Source of the DNA: Synechococcus sp. | GTDB taxonomy: Bacteria > Cyanobacteriota > Cyanobacteriia > PCC-6307 > Cyanobiaceae | Assembly: GCA_049619435.1 (NCBI GenBank) | Contig: JBMZMY010000004.1 | Coordinates: 318-64,317 of the forward strand | Reading direction: 5' to 3' | DNA: 64,000 nucleotides | In this document: positions 54,445-62,178 of the stretch, one piece after another | Position numbering within the stretch: the stretch's first letter is position 1 | Layout of the letters: every line of letters begins with the position of its first letter | Notes under the pieces: model-generated | What the model was told of the DNA's origin: nothing | Database searches by the model: none | The model's input: only the letters and a program-made list of their open reading frames with translations | Made by a program: the position numbers and the translations under genes

Positions 54445-54999
54445 TCAAATCGGAGACGACAGCAGAGATCCATCGCTGGCCAGTTCAAGGTCGCGACCGA
54501 GTTCGAGTTCGATCGCGATCAGTTCATCGCGATGGGCGCGGAGTCGCAATTGACTGCCTTTTGTGTCGGTGCCATTCATCAGACGCAGTTCCAGGATTTC
54601 CATGCGTGAGGCCCGTTGGCTGTAGACCCATCCCGCCAGGGGGCCAAGGCCGATCAGAACCAAGGGCCACCAGCCGAGTGCCGGGGTGAGCTGGCGAAGC
54701 ACCAGGCCGAAACAGCTGCCGCCGATGGCCGCCAGGATGGAGAGCAGCACTGCCAGCGGGGTGCTGGAGCTGACCTGGCCGCGGAAGCGCAGAACCTGGC
54801 GCTGCACATCTCCACCATCGCGGATCCAGCCCCGCTGTTCTAACCAGCTGCTGAGGCCGTCCAGCACTGTGATCGGTGATTGAGGCGATGTGACATCCAC
54901 CACCGTTGTCCGGTCCTTGCTGGCGGCTCGGAGGAAGAACACCAGGCCGATCGCCAGCAGAACGGTCAGCAGCAGCGTGGACTGGAAGCCCTGAGGCAT
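54445..54999 (-). CDS. ccb1: Cofactor assembly of complex C protein CCB1 (heme ci of cytochrome b6)
   Basis: STLLLTVLLAIGLVFFLRAASKDRT...AHRDEL. Confidence 0.8.
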   Translation of the reverse strand: MPQGFQSTLLLTVLLAIGLVFFLRAASKDRTTVVDVTSPQSPITVLDGLSSWLEQRGWIRDGGDVQRQVLRFRGQVSSSTPLAVLLSILAAIGGSCFGLVLRQLTPALGWWPLVLIGLGPLAGWVYSQRASRMEILELRLMNGTDTKGSQLRLRAHRDELIAIELELGRDLELASDGSLLSSPI

Positions 55000-55050
55000 G
55001 GCGGCCGGTGAAAGTGGACTCCTTTCTAGGGCTGCAGCGGCCAGAACTGC

Positions 55051-55434
55051 TCAGGACAGCATCAGCTGTTGGCTGCTGAGCCAGCTGTGCCAAGGGGTCA
55101 TCAGTTTCTCGGCCTGCTGGCGCGCCTCCGGTTGGAGGTGAAGCATGCGCCTCGGTCGTCCCCGGCTTGGGCAGCGTTTGCTGTATGTGGTGATCGACCC
55201 CTGTTGTTCCAGGAAGGCCAGCGCCTGCTGAAGAACCGTTTCCGACAGGCGAAGTTGTGGGTTGCTCTGGCTGAGCTCCTGGAGAAGGCCTGACGGGTAG
55301 TTGTCGTCTTTCAGCAGGCAGTCGAGCACCCAGCAGACCGCCAACTCAAGATCCAGAAATTGTGGCGGGGGCTGTTGGAAGTACTGCTCGATGTCGGCCA
55401 GGCAGCTTCTTGAAGGCTTGCGACGTGAGAACAC
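55051..55434 (-). CDS. pex: PadR-family winged-helix regulator, Pex (period extender)-like
   Basis: DIEQYFQQPPP, ELAVCWVL, LSETVL, CPSRGRPRRM; GTG start 55434. Confidence 0.75.
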   Translation of the reverse strand: MFSRRKPSRSCLADIEQYFQQPPPQFLDLELAVCWVLDCLLKDDNYPSGLLQELSQSNPQLRLSETVLQQALAFLEQQGSITTYSKRCPSRGRPRRMLHLQPEARQQAEKLMTPWHSWLSSQQLMLS

Positions 55435-55545
55435 TGTGAAGACGACGCTGGTCTTATCTAAAGCGATCTCGTTTTGAGTTTCAAGCGACCAGCGAGCCCG
55501 TCGCGGCTCCGCCTGCAGACTGCAGGGCATTCACCCCACCGTTGC

Positions 55546-56190
55546 ATGGCTGTCTCCCAGCGCGATCCGGCTGAGTTTGCTGTTTTTGATGGTGACCTCG
55601 ATGATCACTGGACGGCGCGTTATCTCCAGGTCGCCACGCTGGCGGTGGATACCGAAGCCATGGGGTTGATTCATGGCCGCGACCGCCTTTGCCTGGTTCA
55701 GATCGCTGATGAGCACGACCGGGTGTGTTGCGTTCGCATCGGTCTCGGCCAGCACGCCGCCCCCAATCTCCAGCGGGTCCTGGAAGCGCAGAGCGTCGAA
55801 AAGATCTTTCACTTCGCTCGTTTTGATGTTGCCGCCCTGGCCAGTGGCCTCGGCATCAACGTCGCTCCGCTGTTTTGCACCAAGGTCGGCAGCCGTCTGG
55901 CACGGACTTATACCCCTCGCCATGGCCTCAAGGATCTGGTGATGGAATTGGTCGGGGTCGAGCTCGATAAGGGGGCTCAGAGCAGTGACTGGGGACGTGT
56001 GGATGAATTAACCGACGTCCAGCTGGCTTATGCCGCCAACGATGTGCGCTACCTGATTCCAGCGCGGCGCCAACTGGAAGTGATGCTGCGCCGAGAAGGT
56101 CGCTGGGAGCTGGCGTTGCGTTGTTTCAGCTGTGTGGCGGTGATGTCCGAGCTCGATCGTCTGCGCTTTCACCAGACTTTCGAGCACTGA
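55546..56190 (+). CDS. rnd: Ribonuclease D-like 3'-5' exonuclease
   Basis: DTEAMG, RLCLVQ, FHFARFD, QSSDW, YAANDV (DEDDy). Confidence 0.9.
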   Translation: MAVSQRDPAEFAVFDGDLDDHWTARYLQVATLAVDTEAMGLIHGRDRLCLVQIADEHDRVCCVRIGLGQHAAPNLQRVLEAQSVEKIFHFARFDVAALASGLGINVAPLFCTKVGSRLARTYTPRHGLKDLVMELVGVELDKGAQSSDWGRVDELTDVQLAYAANDVRYLIPARRQLEVMLRREGRWELALRCFSCVAVMSELDRLRFHQTFEH

Positions 56191-56213
56191 AGCGCTGAAG
56201 CCCTCAGTCCTGC

Positions 56214-56477
56214 TCAATCCTCCAGCATGAAATTGGCGTCGCCCTCACTGGCGCTGAGCAGCGTGTCGAGTGTTGTGCGCTGGCTGCTGCTGTCTTCACC
56301 CGCCAGTGCATCAAGCATTTCCTCGGCTTTGGCCCGCCTTGAGGCGATGTCACGTTTGCCGTCCTTGGCTGCCGCCTGGTCGACCTGGCGACGGGCACTG
56401 GCCAGGCTGATGCTCATCGCACTGGCCAGACGGGCACAGAGTTTGACGTAGTCCGCATCCTGAATCGCCGCCATCAC
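56214..56477 (-). CDS. Small hypothetical protein
   Basis: Fills the gap co-directionally after the upstream gene; helical, acidic C-terminus NFMLED. Confidence 0.7.
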   Translation of the reverse strand: MMAAIQDADYVKLCARLASAMSISLASARRQVDQAAAKDGKRDIASRRAKAEEMLDALAGEDSSSQRTTLDTLLSASEGDANFMLED

Positions 56478-56496
56478 AAACGCACGTTGACCACCG

Positions 56497-57738
56497 TCAG
56501 TATCCGTGCAGACGCTCCACCACGAGTTCGGCGAGCCGCCGGCTTCCCCCGGCGGTTCCCATGCGTTGCTTGCCGATTTGCCCCAGGCGCTGCCTCAGGG
56601 CCGGATCGTTCAGGAGTGCATCCAGGCGTTGCGCCAGGTCCTGTGTGCTTGCACAGGGGAGAACGGCTCCCCCCAGCAGTCGGCTTTGACGCCTGGCAAA
56701 ACCCCGTTTGAACTGGGGTCCGCGACCCGGTAAGGACAGCGCTGGGATGCCCAGGCCCACGACCTGTTCTGTTGCGGTTCCTGCGGTGGCGATCGCGACC
56801 TCAGCCCATCCAGCCCAACGTTCGAAACAGCCGGGCCCGATCAGGATCAACTTCGAGTCCTTGACCCAACAGGCTGTCGCTCCGAGGTTGTCCGACGGGG
56901 ACAGACTGCGGCGGTAGCCCTGGTCGTCCAGGCAGCGTTCGAGATCGCTGAGATCGGGTTGCCCTCCCACGGCCACGAGCGCGGCCACTGGCACTGGTGT
57001 GTGCACATGCTCTAGGCCAGCGATCAGCTGGCGGAAATTGCGTGAGGCCTCCGGTGTTCTGCTGCCGCACAGCAGCAGAACACGCCGACAGCGGTCCAGG
57101 GCCGCCGGGGGGGTGGTTCGCTTCAACCCATCCATCATCGGGTTGCCGGGGGCAAGGGCCGCAACGCCATGGCGTCGCAGGCCACGGGCGGTCAGGCCAT
57201 CGCGCATGGCTACGAAGCGGCAGCGCTTGCTGCGCATCAGCAGCCACTCCCAGGGATCCCACTCGCTGCCTTTGAGGCGGTGGTAGCTGTCGCTCAGGGC
57301 TTGGCCCGGCCCACTGCGCCAGGTGTAGTCGCTTTTTGGGGTGCCGATGAAAGCGAAGGCTGCTCCACAGCACCGGGCCATCAGCAACGGCAGCAGATCG
57401 CCGACGGCCAGAACGGCATGGCCGTTGTGGGCCTGGCGTCGAAGCACGCGCCACTGTCGCCAGCTCATCATGGCCAAGCCTGCGCTGAGGTCGGCCAGCA
57501 GTCCTTTGATGCTCTGATTGCTGAAGCCTCCACTGGGGAGGCTGGCCTCTGGGCCAAGCCGTTTCAACCAGCCAGCTTTGACCGCGTTGTCGAAACTGCT
57601 GCCCCGCCCGACCAAGGGCAGCACGGCCAGCGGAATCGAAGGGCGCAGCTGATGAATGGCCTCGAGAATCCGTCGAGCGATGAGGTCTTCACCATGCCCG
57701 TTGCAGACCACCAGCAGGCCTGAATGGCTGCGGCTGAT
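56497..57738 (-). CDS. Lipid-A-disaccharide synthase-related GT-B protein (start uncertain)
   Basis: NGHGEDLIA, LPSGGF, AVGDL, GTPKSDY, GNPMMD, AGTATEQ, GPQF; the ORF-track extension through tRNA-Cys is rejected. Confidence 0.82.
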   Translation of the reverse strand: MSRSHSGLLVVCNGHGEDLIARRILEAIHQLRPSIPLAVLPLVGRGSSFDNAVKAGWLKRLGPEASLPSGGFSNQSIKGLLADLSAGLAMMSWRQWRVLRRQAHNGHAVLAVGDLLPLLMARCCGAAFAFIGTPKSDYTWRSGPGQALSDSYHRLKGSEWDPWEWLLMRSKRCRFVAMRDGLTARGLRRHGVAALAPGNPMMDGLKRTTPPAALDRCRRVLLLCGSRTPEASRNFRQLIAGLEHVHTPVPVAALVAVGGQPDLSDLERCLDDQGYRRSLSPSDNLGATACWVKDSKLILIGPGCFERWAGWAEVAIATAGTATEQVVGLGIPALSLPGRGPQFKRGFARRQSRLLGGAVLPCASTQDLAQRLDALLNDPALRQRLGQIGKQRMGTAGGSRRLAELVVERLHGY

Positions 57739-57771
57739 ACGATCTCGCTCGTGGGATGCAGATCCCTGAAC

Positions 57772-57842
57772 GGCGGCATGGCCAAGTGGTAAGGCAGAGG
57801 ATTGCAAATCCTTTATCCCCAGTTCGAATCTGGGTGCCGCCT
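57772..57842 (+). tRNA. tRNA-Cys(GCA)
   Basis: GGCGGCA...GAGGA TT GCA AA TCCTT...AGTTCGAATCT...TGCCGCCT. Confidence 0.97.
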
Positions 57843-57853
57843 TTGATTGCATC

Positions 57854-58336
57854 TCAGAGTCGTGCCTCGGCACGCAGCTCAATTCCATCAGTCGTCTGAC
57901 TGTCGCAGATCATTCGTTTTGTGGTGATCTGGCACTCTCCAGTCATCAGTTCTGCATGGGTGGGTCCATCGGGCAGGCCGCGTTCGTCGAACCGGATCCA
58001 GGAGCCACTGGTGATCAAGCCGATCCACGGCGACTGGCGCACGCTGCAGCGCTTTCCCTGGCATTTGAGGAGAGCATCCTCGTTGGCGTTCCGGCTGACG
58101 AAGGTGAGCCTGAGGCTGGTCCCTGTCCTGGCATCAGAGCCCAGGAGGCGGACGCGCACGCTGTGATCGGGCCCTTGGGACAGCATCAGCTGATGGCAGC
58201 GATGGGTTTGAGACGCCCGCGTCAGGGTGCAATGGGTTGGTTCGGACGAGTACCGCTCAAGCGCCTTCATTGCGGTGGCGTCCCCGAGCAGGAGCGCAAG
58301 CAGCGCAAGCCCCAGGCCACGGTGTGAACGGCGCAT
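57854..58336 (-). CDS. Putative secreted six-Cys hypothetical protein
   Basis: Signal-peptide-like N-terminus (MRRSHRGLGLALLALLLG); six Cys in three local pairs. Confidence 0.65.
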   Translation of the reverse strand: MRRSHRGLGLALLALLLGDATAMKALERYSSEPTHCTLTRASQTHRCHQLMLSQGPDHSVRVRLLGSDARTGTSLRLTFVSRNANEDALLKCQGKRCSVRQSPWIGLITSGSWIRFDERGLPDGPTHAELMTGECQITTKRMICDSQTTDGIELRAEARL

Positions 58337-58503
58337 CAGTAGTCGCTATCGGCGACACACATGCCCAAGCAACGAATCCCATTGCTGGCGGTTCGTCGGC
58401 AGTGGTTGCAGAGGATGGGTTCGTCCGTTGAGCTCTGTTGGCTGCCAGCCACTGTCTCCGCGGCCTGTCCGCGCTCTTCAGCTTGTGGGGGTTGCAGGGA
58501 CAT
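58336..58503 (-). CDS. 55-aa Cys-rich microprotein (C-x2-C-x9-C-x3-C)
   Basis: ATG 58503, MSLQPPQ...EPILCNHCRRTASNGIRCLGMCVADSDY*; stop overlaps the next ATG (TGATG). Confidence 0.72.
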   Translation of the reverse strand: MSLQPPQAEERGQAAETVAGSQQSSTDEPILCNHCRRTASNGIRCLGMCVADSDY

Positions 58504-58527
58504 CCCGGTCGAGGCAGTGCAACGATC

Positions 58528-59511
58528 ATGGCGTTCTGCGCTGGTACCCGGTTGAACGGAATCGGTTTCGGAACCTGGTCGTGGGGGAATCAGCTCGTCT
58601 GGGGCTACCGCCCGGAGCGGGATGACGCGCAATTGCAGGCCACCTTCCGACAGGCTCTGGCTTCCGGGCTGAATCTGATCGATACAGCCGATTCCTATGG
58701 CACCGGTGCGCTGACAGGTCGGAGCGAGTCGTTGCTCGGCATGTTCATTGCGGCGTTGCCGGCCAGTCGACGCCATCAGCTGGTGGTGGCCACCAAGTTG
58801 GCTCCGTTCCCCTGGCGGTTGGGGCGTCGCGGCTTGGACCAGGCCTTTGCCGCCAGTGGCCAGCGGCTCCAAGGTCATTTGCACCGTGTTCAACTCCACT
58901 GGAGTACGGCCCGTTATGCGCCCTGGCAGGAGGCTGCTCTCCTCGATGGATTGGCCGATCGCGTTCTGGCGGGGGATGTGCCGGAGTTGGGGGTCTCCAA
59001 TGTCGGACCGTGTCGCCTGCAGTGGATGCACCACCATCTCAACGAGCGCGGGATACAGCTCCGCAGTGTCCAGGTGCAGTTCTCGCTCCTCTCGGCGCCA
59101 TCGCTCAGGGACGCCACCCTGTTGGCGTTCTGTCGGCGTGCAGGCATCGAGGTGCTGGCCTACAGCCCCCTGGCCTTCGGGATCCTCTGCCAACCGCCCG
59201 GTGCCCGGCCCAGGGCGAACACCGTGCTGCGTCGACGGCTTGAGGCCAGGCTGCTGCCTGCGAGTGAAGCGTTGCGGGGCGCACTCCAGGGAATCGCACT
59301 GGAGCGCGGGGTCTCAATGACCCAGGTCGCCCTGAACTGGTGCCGAGCCCATGGCACAACGCCGATTCCAGGCCTGCGGCGCCCCTCTCAGGCGAGAGAT
59401 GTTGCGGCCGCGCTGACCTGGCAGCTGACCGGGGATGAGGTCAATCTGTTGGATGGGTTGCGCCGGAGCTGCCCCCGGCACATGCCCGAAAATCCGTTTC
59501 TGAGCGACTGA
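58528..59511 (+). CDS. Aldo/keto reductase
   Basis: GFGTWSWG, DTADSYG, ATK, QLHW, GVSN, AYSPL, PIPG. Confidence 0.92.
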   Translation: MAFCAGTRLNGIGFGTWSWGNQLVWGYRPERDDAQLQATFRQALASGLNLIDTADSYGTGALTGRSESLLGMFIAALPASRRHQLVVATKLAPFPWRLGRRGLDQAFAASGQRLQGHLHRVQLHWSTARYAPWQEAALLDGLADRVLAGDVPELGVSNVGPCRLQWMHHHLNERGIQLRSVQVQFSLLSAPSLRDATLLAFCRRAGIEVLAYSPLAFGILCQPPGARPRANTVLRRRLEARLLPASEALRGALQGIALERGVSMTQVALNWCRAHGTTPIPGLRRPSQARDVAAALTWQLTGDEVNLLDGLRRSCPRHMPENPFLSD

Positions 59512-59525
59512 GGCGTCGACCGACC

Positions 59526-60155
59526 TCAGGCCCCGGCCGCATTTTCCGGGGGATCAGGGCTGACGACCACCGGCAGGCTTTCATTGTCCGCACTGCGGAT
59601 CGGCACTACTTTCACCGGCTGTTCAACGGGCTCGGTAGGGGGCTTCTGTTGTTGTTGCTCACAGGCAGCCAGCGCCTCCTGCAGCAGTGAGTCAAAGGTA
59701 TGGCCGGGCAATCTGTGGCGAGCAACTTCAAGGAAGGTGCGTGGCAGGGATTCCCCGGCGGCATGGCGCAGGGCCGGATTGTTGCGACGTTGCTCCTGCT
59801 CGTCCTGAATTGAGCGGATGAAGCGTCGGGTCACATCCCGTTTTGTCGTCGCTTTGATCAGGGTGTCGCGATCCTGCTGGCTGTGGCTCAGCTCCTGCTC
59901 CAGTTCTGAAATCCGCCGCTCGAGGCTGGTGAACACCTCCTCAGCCTCTTTGCTGATGTGGGCCAGTTGTCCGTCGGAGAGGTAAGGCAGATCAGCAACG
60001 AAAACCTTGCCGTGGTCTCGCAGCGTCAGGAAGGTTGGCCGAGGGCCCCCCTGGCGATGCCCGCGGTCCTGGCCGGAGGCCAGCGGACGTCGCGGGGGGG
60101 TCGGTCCCGCTGAGGAACGCCGGCGGGTTGTCCGCTGTGAACTATCAAAAGGCAT
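59526..60155 (-). CDS. Hypothetical coiled-coil protein
   Basis: Long ORF co-directional with purM; Arg/Pro-rich N-terminus, central coiled coil. Confidence 0.75.
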   Translation of the reverse strand: MPFDSSQRTTRRRSSAGPTPPRRPLASGQDRGHRQGGPRPTFLTLRDHGKVFVADLPYLSDGQLAHISKEAEEVFTSLERRISELEQELSHSQQDRDTLIKATTKRDVTRRFIRSIQDEQEQRRNNPALRHAAGESLPRTFLEVARHRLPGHTFDSLLQEALAACEQQQQKPPTEPVEQPVKVVPIRSADNESLPVVVSPDPPENAAGA

Positions 60156-60273
60156 TGGCACTACGTAGTTGTATCGACGCTGCTATCGGAAAATCCGATT
60201 CGCTTGTTGAAATTTTAGGTGACCAAACCGGTCAGAACCCAACAGCCATGGATGCCGTTGAGAACCGATGCAT

Positions 60274-61311
60274 TCAGGCGGGGAGGCCTTGCAGCGGCGG
60301 TTGATCGGGTGTGTCCCGAGGGGTGACGGATCCGATTCTCCAGGCCTGAAGACCGCTGTCGGCGCAGTGTTTGAGAGCGTGTTCGGCCTGTGGTTCAGGC
60401 ACCACCAGGCAGTAGCCGATTCCCATGTTGAAGGTGTGCCAGAGATCACGCTCAGGAATCTCTCCGGCCTGTTGCAGCCAATCGAATAGGGCTGGACGCG
60501 GCCAGCTGTCTGAGTTGATCCGCACGCTGACCTCTGCAGGCAGGCAACGGGGCAGGTTCTCAGGGAGTCCCCCGCCCGTGATGTGGGCCATCCCGTGGAT
60601 GGTGATCTCATGGCTGAGCAGGCTTTGCACCAGGCCGGGATAGAGCTGCGTCGGTTGCAGCAGGTCTTGGATCAACGGGCGTTGGTCGGGGCCATAACAG
60701 GTCTGGCGGTCGGCACCCGCTGCTTTCAGCACGTTGCGGACGAGGCTGTATCCGTTGCTGTGCACACCGCTGCTGGCAACGCCGATCACCTGGTCTCCGG
60801 GTTTGATCCGGCTGCCATCAATCACGTCGTCCGCTTCCACGACGGCCACACAGAAGCCGGCGAGGTCGTAACGGCCTGCTGGGTAAAAGCCAGGCATCTC
60901 GGCGGTTTCGCCTCCTAGGAGAGCGCATCCACTGCGCCTGCAGCCTTCGGCGACGCCTTCAACGACCTGCGCCATCGCTTCTGGGCTGAGGGCCCCCGTG
61001 GCCATGTAGTCGAGAAAGAACAGGGGCGCCGCGCCGGAGGTGATCACGTCGTTCACGCACATCGCCACCAGGTCGATGCCAACGTCGTGATGCCCGTCAT
61101 GCTCCTGGGCTAGCTCGAGTTTTGTTCCGACGCCGTCGGTTCCCGACACCAGGAGGGGCTGGCGCATCCCATCGGGAAGGCGCATCATGCCGCCAAACCC
61201 ACCCAGGCCACCAACCACCTCAGGACGACGTGTGGCCTCAACGGAGGAGCGGATTCGTTCGACGAACGCGCGACCCGCTTCGACGTCGACGCCGGCGCTT
61301 TTGTAGTCCAT
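60274..61311 (-). CDS. purM: Phosphoribosylformylglycinamidine cyclo-ligase (AIR synthetase)
   Basis: [43 protein letters not shown]. Confidence 0.99.
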   Translation of the reverse strand: MDYKSAGVDVEAGRAFVERIRSSVEATRRPEVVGGLGGFGGMMRLPDGMRQPLLVSGTDGVGTKLELAQEHDGHHDVGIDLVAMCVNDVITSGAAPLFFLDYMATGALSPEAMAQVVEGVAEGCRRSGCALLGGETAEMPGFYPAGRYDLAGFCVAVVEADDVIDGSRIKPGDQVIGVASSGVHSNGYSLVRNVLKAAGADRQTCYGPDQRPLIQDLLQPTQLYPGLVQSLLSHEITIHGMAHITGGGLPENLPRCLPAEVSVRINSDSWPRPALFDWLQQAGEIPERDLWHTFNMGIGYCLVVPEPQAEHALKHCADSGLQAWRIGSVTPRDTPDQPPLQGLPA

Positions 61312-61353
61312 GGCTCAGCTGATGCCTCCTGATCTTGCAATGGCGTCGGCTGG

Positions 61354-61552
61354 GTGACGGTTGCCACACCGCACCTGGTCGCTATCAGTGCGGCTTGTGC
61401 TCGGTATCAGCAGGGCTGATGCTGAGTCTTGGGGCTGGTTGGCGCCTGCCGACAGGCCAGCACATCTTTTCTGTGATCGTGTCTGCCGTGAGCTGGTCCT
61501 GCAAGGGGGGTCGGCACGGCCCGCCGCAGGCTGCAGTCGTACATACCGTCAC
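61354..61552 (+). ncRNA. Candidate multibranch structured RNA (rlpA 5' leader or sRNA)
   Basis: Terminal 8-bp stem GTGACGGT/ACCGTCAC enclosing four hairpins, with G.U pairs and a GCAA tetraloop on the + strand. Confidence 0.45.
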
Positions 61553-61623
61553 AGCACTTTCAGGGTTCAGGTTTCTTCAGCCGCATCGGTTCATTCGTGG
61601 CCGATGCCGAGAAGCCGCTCTTC

Positions 61624-62178
61624 ATGCGAAGTCTTATCAGCCTCCTGTCTGTCAGCGCCGCTCTGGTCGCCGGAGTCACGTTGTTGCCCGTTGTCGCCAG
61701 CGACTTCGATGCTCGAGAGACCACCGATCCCCTCGATTTATTCGGTGCCGACGGCACATCCGCTGAACGCCCGGCTGAATTGAAAGCTCCTCTGGCAACG
61801 CTCCGCCCAGACGAGCTCAAGGAATCATCCAGGCCAGCACAGGCAACTGCCAAGACGCCGAAAGTCACCGTGTTGCCCGATGTGGTCCGCGTGATCACCG
61901 GTGAAGCCAGTTGGTACGGACCGGGCTTCTACGGCAATCGAACGGCCAACGGAGAAGTCTTCCGTCCAGGGACCATGACGGCTGCCCACCGCACGTTGCC
62001 TTTCGGCACCAAGGTTCGTGTGACCAACCTGTGGAATGGCCGCTCCGCGATTATTCGCATCAATGACCGTGGGCCATTCATCGATCACCGTGTGATCGAT
62101 CTCGGCCATGGTGCGGCCAGCAGTCTTGGTCTCATTGCCTCTGGAATTGCTCAGGTGCGTCTCGAGGTGCTGCGCTGA
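61624..62178 (+). CDS. rlpA: Septal ring lytic transglycosylase RlpA family (DPBB domain)
   Basis: Signal peptide; GEASWYG, TAAHRTLPFG, INDRGPF, IDL. Confidence 0.93.
   Translation: MRSLISLLSVSAALVAGVTLLPVVASDFDARETTDPLDLFGADGTSAERPAELKAPLATLRPDELKESSRPAQATAKTPKVTVLPDVVRVITGEASWYGPGFYGNRTANGEVFRPGTMTAAHRTLPFGTKVRVTNLWNGRSAIIRINDRGPFIDHRVIDLGHGAASSLGLIASGIAQVRLEVLR

Noticed and set aside
6438-57842. Genomic islands integrated at the four tRNAs
   Set aside because: No integrase, no duplicated tRNA 3' ends noticed, and flanking genes look like core genes
57772-57888. N-terminal extension MELSCV...AAPRFELGIKDLQSSALPLGHAA
   Set aside because: Largely the reverse-complement translation of tRNA-Cys
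58504-59193. N-terminal 230 aa of the 285-aa minus ORF
   Set aside because: Antisense shadow of the aldo/keto reductase; only the last 55 aa look like a real gene
61335-61783. + strand ORFs of 140-143 aa in the purM-rlpA gap
   Set aside because: They overlap rlpA out of frame and have no motifs; RNA structure explains the region better
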